NCBI GenBank assembly: GCA_964016885.1
Contig: OZ024745.1
Coordinates: forward strand, 10,788,001-10,852,000
Direction: 5' to 3'
From: Eledone cirrhosa
Taxonomy: Eukaryota
Length of the DNA: 64,000 bases
The notes under the pieces are model-generated. The model searched no databases. It had not been told where the DNA came from and was given only the letters and a program-made list of their open reading frames with translations. Shown piece after piece: positions 26,872 through 41,010 of the stretch. The position numbers and the translations under genes are program-made. Every line of letters starts with the position of its first letter. Within the stretch, counting starts at the first letter, position 1.

Positions 26872-27144
26872 GTATGTGTATATATATATATATGTATGTA
26901 TAAATATATATGGCAATATCTCCACGATGATGACGATGATGATGCTAGTGATGATGATGATATAATGGTGGTGATGATGATATGATGATGACGATGATGA
27001 TGATGATATAATGGTGATGATCATGATATGATGATGATGTGGTGATGATGTATTATTGTTTCACGTGTTTTATCATCTTCGAAAGTAAAACTTCATCGAC
27101 TTAAATAATCTTATTTCCATGACATGAAACTGGTGTATGTTATA

Positions 27145-27770
27145 TTGACACACATGGACACATACACATATCTATATATGGACATACACACATATACACA
27201 CACACACATGGACATATACATATATACACACACACACATGGACACATACACATATCTATATATGGACATACACACATATACACACACATGGACATATACA
27301 CACACACATGGACATATACATATATACACACACACACATGGACACATACACACACATGGACATATACATATATACACACACACATGGACACAAACATATA
27401 TATATATCGACATACACACATATGGACATACTCATATATACACACATGTACATATATACACACATACATGGACATATATACACATGGACATATATACACA
27501 CATGGACATATATACATGCACACATGGACATACACATATATACACACATGGACATATACACACACACACATGGACATATACACACACACATGGACATATA
27601 CACACATGGACATATACACACACACATGGACATATACACACACACATGGACATATACACACACATACATGAACATATATACACACACACACACTCATACA
27701 CACACACACACGCACGCACTCATACACATACACATACACTCACATTACACACGCACACACACATATATAT
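27145..27770. repeat. CA-rich minisatellite with a recurring CATGGACAT motif
   Basis: Directly visible. Confidence 0.9.
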
Positions 27771-27838
27771 ATTGTTATGTATCATGTTACTAATACAAGT
27801 ACACACCAATACGAAGTGTATATACATATATATATATA

Positions 27839-28289
27839 GCAAAGGAGCTCTTAAGAGTCAATGGCCATCCAAAATCACCGGGAGAGATGACCCCTTAGCC
27901 TTTGTCAAGGCAGAATTCTAGGAGAAGGAAAACTCTGATATAACACCTGCAACCCTGATGGTATCCAATGATGTTGACTTGTTCTTCTTTTTGGTAAATA
28001 TCATCTTGGTTAAGAGAGTGGGACTGGCTTTGTGCAGTGCCTTTGCTCACTATAAAAGCTTCACGGCACAGGCATTGCTTTATATCTGGAGATCTCTCTG
28101 CACTTGTCGTCACATGGTACCATGGGCCCAGCACTATGTGTCAGTAATTGTCACAAGTGTAGTGTTTGTACCAGAGTTTTCAAGTCGCTGGCTGGACTAA
28201 AAAGTCACACTCGTTCAGCGCATCGGTAGGGGTTCTCCTACATGGATATAAAGTAGTGGCCGTACTCGAAAACGAGTTGGCAGCCACCA
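27839..28289 (+). mobile_element. Left-truncated copy of the ~610-bp dispersed element
   Basis: Matches about 39410-39860 and 63150-63596. Confidence 0.88.
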
Positions 28290-28299
28290 TATGTATATG

Positions 28300-28388
<89 letters not shown>

Positions 28389-28541
28389 AAATAAAACACC
28401 AACCAATAAATGTAATAAAGGAATAACCAATCGTCCTTGTTATCTTATTATAATACACTCTGTCTAGCTCTACACCTCGACACTGAAGTGAACCTAAACA
28501 TCGAGTGCTCACCCGGGTGAACCTACAGTAACTCCAAGTTA

Positions 28542-28658
<117 letters not shown>

Positions 28659-28659
28659 A

Positions 28660-30329
<1,670 letters not shown>

Positions 30330-31039
30330 AAGGTGTCCATTAATTACAATTTTTCCTCAATGAATGAATTAATTGAATCGTTAAAAAATTAGAACATTAT
30401 AAAATTTAATTATTGGTAAAATAAATCGACCCCGCTGCATTACTGGTACTTTATTTTATCGGCCCCAGAATGTAAAGGGACGTAACTAAATGTCACAAAG
30501 CATATTGTCCGGCGCTCTACCGATTCTGCTCTCAATATAAATGGTATCATAAATATTTTTCTAATTCCTTTTAAAATATATTCTATTGTTTCATAGAAAT
30601 GATCTTCACCATCTTAATGATTAATTAGTAATAATTTAATGATAATTAATTAGTAATTTCTAATTGATAATTAATAATAATTGATTGCTATTGATTATTA
30701 TCTATTGATTATTATATTTCAGTTGATTATTGACACCGTTTCTAACTCGGTTAATAATTTTATATTGATAGGTAATTATAGAATGTTCAGTTATCGATAT
30801 TAATGGCAAACACTCACACTCATACACAGACACTCACACTCATACACACACTCACATACATACATACACTCACACACATACACATACACACACACATGCA
30901 TGCACTCACACTCATACACGCACTCACACTCACACATACATGTTATTGAAATATTAAATATTTCTCTGGTAGATTTCTTCCAATTTATTCACCTACCTTT
31001 ATCAGGCTTCACCCTTTCTTTCTCTTTCCTTCTCTTTCT

Positions 31040-31071
<32 letters not shown>

Positions 31072-31409
31072 TCTCTTTCTTTCTTCTCTTTCTCTCTCTC
31101 TCTCTTTCTCTTTCTTTCTCTGTCTTTCTCTTTCTTTCTCTCTCTTTCTCTTTCTTTCTCTTTCTTTCTCACTCTTTCTCTGTCTTTCTCTGTCTTTCTC
31201 TCTCTTTCTCTGTCTTTCTCTGTCTTTCCTTCTTCCTCTTTATAACATTACATAATTCCTCCACAAACAATTCGCGGTTATTTTTATCTTTATTTTTATT
31301 TATATTTAACGCCTCATTTTAACAGCTGAAACATTTCATAATCTTTTTCAATTACCATAATACTCTCGTCATACTCCTACAATTTATATGTTTTTAATGT
31401 TTCCGAAGC

Positions 31410-32200
31410 AGGCGAATTGTCAGAGTGGTTAGAACGTCAGATAGAATGGTAGAGTGGTTAGAACGTCAGATAGAATGGTAGAGTGGTTAGAACGTCAGAT
31501 AGAATGGTAGAGTGGTTAGAACGCCAGATAGAATGGTAGAGTTGTTAGAACGTCAGATAGAATGGTAGAGTTGTTAGAACGTCAGATAGAATGGTAGAGT
31601 GGTTAGAACGTCAGATAGAATGGTAGAGTGGTTAGAACGTCAGATAGAATGGTAGAGTGGTTAGAACGCCAGATAGAATGGTAGAGTTGTTAGAACGTCA
31701 GATAGAATGGTAGAGTGGTTAGAACGTCAGATAGAATGGTAGAGTGGTTAGAACGTCAGATAGAATGGTAGAGTGGTTAGAACGCCAGATAGAATGGTAG
31801 AGTTGTTAGAACGTCAGATAGAATGGTAGAGTGGTTAGAACGTCAGATAGAATGGTAGAGTGGTTAGAACGTCAGATAGAATGGTAGAGTGGTTAGAACG
31901 TCAGATAGAATGGTAGAGTGGTTAGAACGTCAGATAGAATGCTTTGCGGTATTTGTTTCGGCTCTTTGCTTTCTCAGTTCAATTTTACCTTTCGTCTGTC
32001 CAAAGTCGATAAAAAGGTACCAGTCTATTACTAGGATCGATTCTTCCTCTATATTTCTTTCTCCCTCACTATCTTTCTCTGGTAGAAATCTGCTGTATTC
32101 AGACCTGGAGAGGGATGGGCTCTGCAAGGCATTTTTAAAAAATGCCTTATTAATGCCTGATGTCAATACGGCGCCCCCACGACTCCCTCAGTAGTTCAGG
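31410..32200 (+). mobile_element. SINE whose 5' head is tandemly amplified (29-bp unit, about 18 copies, 31422-31941)
   Basis: GGCGAATTGTCAGAGTGGTTAGAACGTCAGATAGAATG repeats, then continues into the normal SINE body and the extended 3' module. Confidence 0.8.
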
Positions 32201-32697
32201 GTTCACACATACAATGAGATGTAAAATTATGTATTAAGATGAGATATTCGGTTTTATGCGCCTATTTTAATATCTGGATTTATTCCTATATACTATAATG
32301 TATAATCGAACTATAGATAGCTTATAAAATAGGTCGAAGGCCCTTAATGACGGACAAGTTGCCATTAGCCGCTATGACAACATGAAACTCGTATCTCCCA
32401 GATAGCAACTAAGTCCTGTGAACCATATGTTTGTTTTTTCACAATATCTGATCTGTTGAAAGTCTGATCAGAAGGATTTTTCACATACTTTAACCCTAGA
32501 GCTATAAATTCAATTAGAATCGATAATTTTGTGAAGACTTCCACGAGGCAATGTTTATAACCGCTGGCACTGAAGTATTGCTGAGATTTATTGAGATTTG
32601 TTGAGCAGTTAATTATATATATAATATACATCTCATATTGCCACCATCACCACCAACACCACCAACAACACCCCTATCACCAATACCACCACCACCA

Positions 32698-32777
<80 letters not shown>

Positions 32778-32947
32778 ATATATATATATATAGGTATATT
32801 CGCTCTCATACGCCAGGAGGCTATAATCGACGTGTTCAAACTTTTTAGAACTTTGTATAGAGGTCAGAGATCTCTTTATCTTTTTTATTCGCTTATATCC
32901 CTTCCATATACTGTACCGAGTGTGTTGTTATTTCTGTTTACCTTTTC

Positions 32948-32983
<36 letters not shown>

Positions 32984-33873
32984 CAGTGGCGGATTGGCCA
33001 GGTTACCAGGTTGTCAGGTTGCCCAATGGCAAGTGGGCCCCAGGGAGCCTACAGTAGCATTGCCAGAGCCCTCATACGAAAACATATATATAGGAATAAG
33101 GTAAAATATAGTCTAGATAGATGGGAAACAAAACGAGGATGTAGTTTCTGGAACATCCAAATGATTTAGAAGTCGACCTTAAGTAGGAACAATAACATTA
33201 AGAAAGACATGAACGACACCACAACACTTTGTTTTGAAAATTTTGAAAGTAGGTTTATAAGTCTGAATTTTCATAAGATTTTCGTAGTTGTGTATGTGGC
33301 CTAGCGATAGGTACTAGAGACGGTAGAGATCCTGTCCTTGGGTTCAATCCTGGTCAAGAGATACGTGTATACTTTTTAAAGTTTTTATTTTACAACCAAT
33401 AGAAAAAAATTGTAAATGTTTACTTGTAACCCTACTCTTGATCAGGATCGAACTTCAGACCGGGATCACCACCGTCTTTGATCCTTCTAACGAGACAATT
33501 ACAAAACTATAATGAAAATTGATAATTATAAACCTACTTTCAAAATGAAAGCTTTCCTAGAGCTATTAGTAATATTTAGGGTCGACTTCTGGTCATTATT
33601 GAATCGCAAAATATGTAATATTTTTTATTGGAAAAGGAAAGATATTTTGATTGCACTGTTTTGTTTCCACTTATATATTTTTTGAAAGTTATTTATTCAT
33701 TATAAAAATTAAATGATAGCATTCTATATGCCCCCTTCATCTGGCAACCAATATTTTTAGACCCATGTTATATGGATATATTATATATATGTTATATAGG
33801 TATGTTATATAGTTATATTATAAAGATATGTTATATAGATATGTATATGTAGATATGTCACATACATATTATA

Positions 33874-34309
33874 CTAGCAGTGGTACCCGGTGTTGCACAG
33901 GATAAGATATTTTGGAACGCCGGCCGCCAACAGACCTAATCGTGGAAAAACTGCATGCCTGGACAATATGTAAAGAAAATAAACCGAATACTCTGATGGC
34001 TGGATAATCTTTAAGATTTTCCTCGTTGAAGCAGAAAAAATGCAGGTTTTCACCTAATGTGGGCCCTAGGGGATCAAGAAAATGAATTTTTTTTATGTGC
34101 ATAATATTCCTTGAAATTTCGGGAAAATTGGCTAGACGTAACGCCTCAAAAAAGCCCTAAAAAGCTGAAAAAAAATGAAATTTTTCACCTAACGGATCAA
34201 AAAGTTGAATTTCTTTTATGTGCATAACACTCCCTGAAACATAAGTAATACACATGTAAAGTTTGAAAAAAATCGGTTCGGTACTTCTCGAGTTTTCGGG
34301 ATTCAAACT

Positions 34310-34343
<34 letters not shown>

Positions 34344-34381
34344 CACACACACACAGACATCCTCAGTTATATATATATAGA
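33874..34381 (-). mobile_element. Non-autonomous Helitron-like element
   Basis: Minus strand A|TCTATATATAT...GTCTGTGTGT 5' end; subterminal hairpin plus CTAG|T 3' end. Confidence 0.8.
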
Positions 34382-34449
34382 TAGATATGTTATATAGATA
34401 TGTATTTTGAAAATATGAAATCATATACTGCCCATTCTCACCATATACC

Positions 34450-34870
34450 CACAGGAACGGAGCTGTCTCAGGAAAGAATCGCTGGATAGATTTTACGGAC
34501 AAAACCAACCGACAGAAGACCAAGGGGTAGACCACCAGCTAAGATGGTTGGATAACATCCATGAGCTTGGCTGGTCTTACTTGGGGATCCAGCTGGATCA
34601 GTTGGAAACAGTTACTTCTGACGACCCGGTGTAAGGAGTGTTTGAGGACTCTGACTCCCACAACGATCTCAGGTATATGTGGGAGAAGAAGAAGAAGAAG
34701 AAAAAGAAGAAGGAGGAGGAGGAGAAGAAGAAGAAGAAGAAGAAGAAGAAGAAGAAGAAGAAGAAGAAGAAGAAGAAGAAGAAGAAGAAGAAGAAGAAGA
34801 AGAAGAAGAAGAAGAAGAAGAAGAAGAAGAAGAAGAAGAAGAAGAAGAAGAAGAAGAAGAAGAAGAAGAA
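34450..34870 (+). mobile_element. RTE-clade LINE 3' remnant followed by (GAA)n
   Basis: Frameshifted RRPRGRPP / RWLDNI..LGW..LGI motif typical of RTE C-termini. Confidence 0.6.
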
Positions 34871-35243
34871 TTTGAACTCAGATCATAAAGGGACTGTATT
34901 GAAAATATTTCAACAAATCTTAGCTTGCATGAAATATGACAATGTGAATATTTTTTAAAGAAGTTTATTTACAACTTCCTCCACCAATAAATATGTTGGG
35001 TGTGTTTATTTCTGATCTAATTAAATACTGCCAAACGTTAGAGTAAGTATGGAGGTCTTCTGTCCATATCACTGCTCAGCTGGAAATTACCGATGCTAGT
35101 CAATATCTTCTTGGTTTTCCTGTCAATGGAACGGATTTCTTGACAGATCGATCAATTATCCAAAATGTTGGTTCTAATTCAGCTCCGGTAGTGCTTTATT
35201 GGTTTGTTATATGGAAATTGTTCCGATGACCATATCTTCCGGA

Positions 35244-35310
<67 letters not shown>

Positions 35311-35793
35311 AAGTTTTATTTAAATTGTTGGGTTAACAACGAGTAAATATTTATAACTGATATAAAAGCACTCAACAAGTATTTGGAGTATATTTACGAT
35401 ATTAAATAAATGGAAACTATATTTATAAAACCATATTTATTTCATTATATATATTTCAGGGATATCATATTAAAAATATGTTATGCCTTCCTCAGACAAA
35501 ATACAATATAAACAGTCTTATAAATAGATAGATTCGACATACCTTTCAACATCGACTTCAATTTGAAAAGTTGAATTGGTAGTGGAAAAAATATTAGGGA
35601 CAGTTATAAAAAGAAAGAAAGAAAAAAAGAAAAAAGAAAAAACGGAGAAAAAGAAGAAATGCATGCAACTAAATAGAGAGAGATAGATATAGAGAGATAG
35701 ATAGAGAGAAGAAATTCATGTAAAGAAACAGAGAGAGATATATAGAGAGAGGAAAAACACAGAGGGAGATAGATAGAGAGAGAGAGAGAGAAG

Positions 35794-35847
<54 letters not shown>

Positions 35848-37261
35848 ATATAGAGAGATAGATATAGATAGAGATAGAGAGAAAGAAAATAGGTAGTTGT
35901 GCACCAGTTGAATGACGTATCAATGATATATTTATTTATTTATTTATTTATTTAGCTCTAGTATCAATGTAGAGAGAGATATATGTGGTTAAGAGAGAAA
36001 ACAGCCGTTACATAGAGAGAAAAAAGAGAAAGAAAAATATCCAGGCAAAAACGAGGCAGATTTAAAACACTATGCATCATCAATGTAAAAAATATCAATT
36101 CGTATAAAACAGGCATTATAATGTAAATATCAGTATTCATGAATGAGACATGTATCAATAAAGTGTGAAAAATAATGATCATATGTCTAGTTTAAAATTC
36201 ATAGGTTTATATTAGAAGGTTATCCCAGATTTTATACTATATACATCATGTGAATTTACGTGATCAGCTCTGCAAATTCCTATTTCACACGAAAACATTT
36301 TCATTGTGCTATAAAAATTCTAGTATACATATATGTGTACATACACACAAATATATATATAGAGCCTACATTAATTTTAACAATACTATTCATGTCTTTA
36401 CTCTACATGATTATCGTTCAAGCATAAATAGAGAACAGATATCAATATATTAATAAAAATAAAAATAAAAATATCAGAAACAAAAAGTAAATAAAAAACA
36501 AAAAAAAAAAAAATAAAAAATAAAAATCAAAAAATATTAAAAATAAAAATAAAAATAAAAATATAAAAAATATTAAAAATATTAAAATAAAAATGAAACA
36601 TAGTATGCCCCGCAAATCAACCACAGAGATCAACCCTTCAAAGTTAATTGACAATATATTGCCAAGTTCGTTATAAGCATCAGAATCAAAAGCAAACAAA
36701 ACCAAAATTATTTACCAAATCCTGTCTAGCAGAAAACATTCCAAAAGTTTAGGATACCCATTTGATCTAGAGATGGTCTTATATTTAATATAGAAGTTTA
36801 TCTAGTGTAAAATTTATTCAATATATTTGGAGCATCAGCTTTTAGGGTAGTTTAATTATTCATGAAGAATGTTTAAAAAATAAAAAGGAATCGAAAGATT
36901 TATCGGCGAGTTTCATAAATAATTATAAATCAAATTAAATATACTACATTTTAAATTTATATTTATATTTAAAAGTTGAGTTCAATCTATGTCTGCAGCA
37001 ACTGAATAAATTTGTCCGTAAATTAAGGGAATTTTTAGATTTTAGTATAAAGAATATCTCCTCCGCGCAGAGGTCACATGTCTCAGAGGATGAATTAAAA
37101 GGAATCCCTCTTGAGACTATATTCCAAGCCGTTGAATATCCAACGTTATCATGCCTAAGTTGCCAGAGTAGGCCTGATAGTGATGTTGAGGATTTTTTGC
37201 TTGGATCTGTGAAAGAATTCTTGTGGTTATTATAGCGAAGTTTAAATTCTGTTGAGTTAAA

Positions 37262-37636
37262 AATATAATATACAACTGTAATGTTAAAACGGACTTAAAT
37301 TCTTTTAACTATGTTGGTTCCACCTCAACAGAATTTAAACTTCGCTATAATAACCACAAGAATTCTTTCACAGATCCAAGCAAAAAATCTTCAACATCAC
37401 TATCAGGCCTACTCTGGCAACTTAGGCATGATAACGTTGGATATTCAACGGCTTGGAATATAGTCTCAAGAGGGATTCCTTTTAATTCATCCTCTGAGAC
37501 ATGTGACCTCTGCGCGGAGGAGATATTCTTTATACTAAAATCTAAAAATTCCCTTAATTTACGGACAAATTTATTCAGTTGCTGCAGACATAGATTGAAC
37601 TCAACTTTTAAATATAAATATAAATTTAAAATGTAG
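37262..37636 (+). pseudogene. Penelope-like GIY-YIG endonuclease C-terminal fragment (5'-truncated, no start codon)
   Basis: Hand translation: NIIYNCNVKTDLNSFNYVGSTSTEFKLRYNNHKNSF...SLSGLLWQL...AWNIV...CDLCAEE...LNLRTNLFSCCRHR...; collinear with ORF 24605-25006. Confidence 0.88.
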
Positions 37637-39027
37637 TATATTTAATTTGATTTATAATTATTTATGAAACTCGCCGATAAATCTTTCGATTCCTTTTATT
37701 TTTTAAACATTCTTCATGAATAATTAAACTACCCTAAAAGCTGATGCTCCAAATATATTGAATAAATTTTACACTAGATAAACTTCTATATTAAATATAA
37801 GACCATCTCTAGATCAAATGGGTATCCTAAACTTTTGGAATGTTTTCTGCTAGACAGGATTTGGTAAATAATTTTGGTTTTGTTTGCTTTTGATTCTGAT
37901 GCTTATAACGAACTTGGCAATATATTGTCAATTAACTTTGAAGGGTTGATCTCTGTGGTTGATTTGCGGGGCATACTATGTTTCATTTTTATTTTAATAT
38001 TTTTAATATTTTTTATATTTTTATTTTTATTTTTATTTTTAATATTTTTTTTGATTTTTGTTTATTTACTTTTTGTTTCTGATATTTTTATTTTTATTTT
38101 TATTAATATATTGATATCTGTTCTCTATTTATGCTTGAACGATAATCATGTAGAGTAAAGACATGAATAGTATTGTTAAAATTAATGTAGACTCTATATA
38201 TATTTGTGTGTATGTACACATATATGTATACTAACATTTTTATAGCACAATGAGAATGTTTTCGTGTGAAATAGGAATTTGCAGAGCTGATCACGTAAAT
38301 TCACATGATGTATATAGTATAAAATCTGGGATAACCTTCTAATATAAACCTATGAATTTTAAACTAGACATATGATTATTATTTTTCACACTTTATTGAT
38401 ACATGTCTCATTCATGAATACTGATATTTACATTATAATGCCTGTTTTATACGAATTGATATTTTTTACATTGATGATGCATAGTGTTTTAAATCTGCCT
38501 CGTTTTTGTCTGGATATTTTTCTTTCTCTTTTTTCTCTCTATGTAACGGCTGTTTTCTCTCTTAACCACATATATCTCTCTCTACATTGATACTAGAGCT
38601 AAATAAATAAATAAATAAATAAATAAATATATCATTGATACGTCATTCAACTGGTGCACAACTACCTATTTTCTTTCTCTCTATCTCTATCTATATCTAT
38701 CTCTCTATATTTTCTCTCTCTCTCTCTCTCCTCTCTTCTCTCTCTCTCTCTCTATCTATCTCCCTCTGTGTTTTTCCTCTCTCTATATATCTCTCTCTGT
38801 TTCTTTACATGAATTTCTTCTCTCTATCTCTCTCTCTATATCTATCTCTCTCTATTTAGTTGCATGCATTTCTTCTTTTTCTCCGTTTTTTCTTTTTTCT
38901 TTTTTTCTTTCTTTCTTTTTATAACTGTCCCTAATATTTTTTCCACTACCAATTCAACTTTTCAAATTGAAGTCGATGTTGAAAGGTATGTCGAATCTAT
39001 CTATTTATAAGACTGTTTATATTGTAT

Positions 39028-39085
39028 TTTGTCTGAGGAAGGCATAACATATTTTTAATATGATATCCCTGAAATATATATAATG
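39028..39085 (+). ncRNA. Hammerhead-like core near the Penelope 3' end (mirror copy at about 35443-35500, minus strand)
   Basis: CUGAGGA-AGG...CCU-GAAA-UAUA-UA; stem I is poorly paired. Confidence 0.45.
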
Positions 39086-39130
39086 AAATAAATATGGTTT
39101 TATAAATATAGTTTCCATTTATTTAATATC

Positions 39131-39200
<70 letters not shown>

Positions 39201-39250
39201 ATGTATGTATGTATGTATGTATGTATGTATGTATGTATGTATGTATGTAT

Positions 39251-39860
39251 GTCAGGTCACCAGTTGGTGCTACTGGTAACATGTATCCCAGTACAACCTG
39301 TCCCATGGTCGGCTCGTTGGCGACTAAACTGGCAACCCCACCAAGGTTTCTTGGTGAGGTGGGTGACTTTGGACATCCAGCAGGACTAAAAACAAAATCT
39401 GTCAAAAGGGCAAAGGAGCTCTTAAGAGTCAATAGCCATCCAAAATCACCGGGAGAGATGACCCCTTAGCCTTTGTCAAGGCAGAATTCTAGGAGAAGGA
39501 AAACTCTGATATAACACCTGCAACCCTGATGGTATCCAATGATGTTGACTTGTTCTTCTTTTTGGTAAATATCATCTTGGTTAAGAGAGTGGGACTGGCT
39601 TTGTGCAGTGCCTTTGCTCACTATAAAAGCTTCACGGCACAAGCATTGCTTTATATCTGGAGATCTCTCTGCACTTGTTGTCACATGGTACCATGGGCCC
39701 ACCACTATGTGTCAATAATTGTGACAAGTGTAGTGTTTGTACCAGAGTTTTCAAGTCACTGGCTGGACTAAAAAGTCACACTCGTTCAGCACATCTGTGG
39801 GGGTTCTCCTACATGGATATAAAGTAGTGGCCGTACTCGAAAACGAGTTGGCAGCCACCA
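39251..39860 (+). mobile_element. ~610-bp non-coding dispersed element flanked by (TATG)n
   Basis: Near-identical to 62988-63596; begins GTCAGGTCACCAG and ends GGCAGCCACCA-(TGTA)n. Confidence 0.88.
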
Positions 39861-40074
39861 TGTATGTATGTATGTTTGTTTTATAATTTTATATATGTGT
39901 GTGTGGTGTGTGTGTGTGTGTGTTTATGTCTTTGTGTGTGTGTGTTTATGTCTTTGTGTGTGTACAGGTACGGATCTCTATATTTTAAGTTATATGTGTC
40001 TACGTGCATGTTTCTGTATCTTTACATGCGTATATACAGTTATTACATGCTGAATTTTCGAATTGTTTTACACA

Positions 40075-40470
40075 TTTTTACAGTTCCATTAATGGACTGT
40101 ACTTCCTAACTAGTCGTGTCCTCTCTTGTTCTGTGAAGCTCAGCTTCTCAATATTTCTACTGAGGTAGTTAGTAACACATCCAAGAGCCCCAATAATCAC
40201 AGGTACAATTCTAAAGGTATAGTCAGGATCTATCTGCAGATTTCTCATTAGTTCAGTATAAATGTTCTCGTTTTCGCTAATATTTATGATTATATTGACA
40301 TCTATTGGGCAGTTGACATCCACTACTACGCATGCCTACCCTGTCCCACATCACTATATCTAGTCTGTTATGTTTGTATTTTAGTTGGACACTCTTTCAT
40401 ATTAGGTATGCACATGCCCTCCACATCACTGGAACTTTTTATATTTTTATTCTCAGGTCTAGTCTTTCTA
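40075..40470 (-). mobile_element. Degraded R4/Dong-like LINE restriction-like endonuclease fragment
   Basis: HNRLDIV...DVNCPIDVNI...YTELMRNLQ...IVPVIIGALG; homologous to 62678-62896. Confidence 0.7.
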
Positions 40471-40471
40471 C

Positions 40472-40972
40472 GTGGTTATGATATATCCATGGTCGTCTGC
40501 CATTCCTCCATGTTTGTGGTTATGATATATACATGGTCGTCTGCCATTCCCCCATGTTTGTGGTTATGATATATCCATGGTCGTCTGCCATTCCCCCATG
40601 TTCGTAGTTATGATATATCCATGGTCATCTGCCATTCCTCCATGTTTGTGGTTATGATATATACATGGTCGTCTGCCATTCCTCCATGTTTGTGGTTATG
40701 ATATATACATGGTCGTCTGCCATTCTCCCATGTTTGTGGTTATGATATATACATGGTCGTCTGCCATTCCCCCATGTTTGTGGTTATGATATATCCATGG
40801 TCGTCTGCCATTCCCCCATGTTCGTAGTTATGATATATACATGGTCGTCTGCCATTCCTCCATGTTTGTGGTTATGATATATTCATGGTCGTCTGCCATT
40901 CCTCCATGTTTGTGGTTATGATATATTCATGGTCGTCTGCCATTCCTCCATGTTTGTGGTTATGATATACCC
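40472..40972. repeat. 44-bp minisatellite, about 11 copies
   Basis: Directly visible period (GTGGTTATGATATATCCATGGTCGTCTGCCATTCCTCCATGTTT). Confidence 0.95.
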
Positions 40973-41010
40973 ATCAATGCCATAATTGATGCAGAATCTT
41001 GTGTCGTTTG

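Larger units (their letters stand above)
35395..39133. repeat. 3.7-kb inverted duplication (arms 35395-37256 and 37324-39133; 67-bp spacer)
   Basis: The arms are reverse complements, differing mainly in microsatellite lengths; identical ORF translations appear on opposite strands in the ORF track. Confidence 0.96.

Noticed and set aside
27895-28200. 79-80-aa ORFs recurring at 39466 and 63202
   Set aside because: They recur because the host repeat copies are nearly identical; no recognisable domain, and overlapping ORFs occur on both strands.
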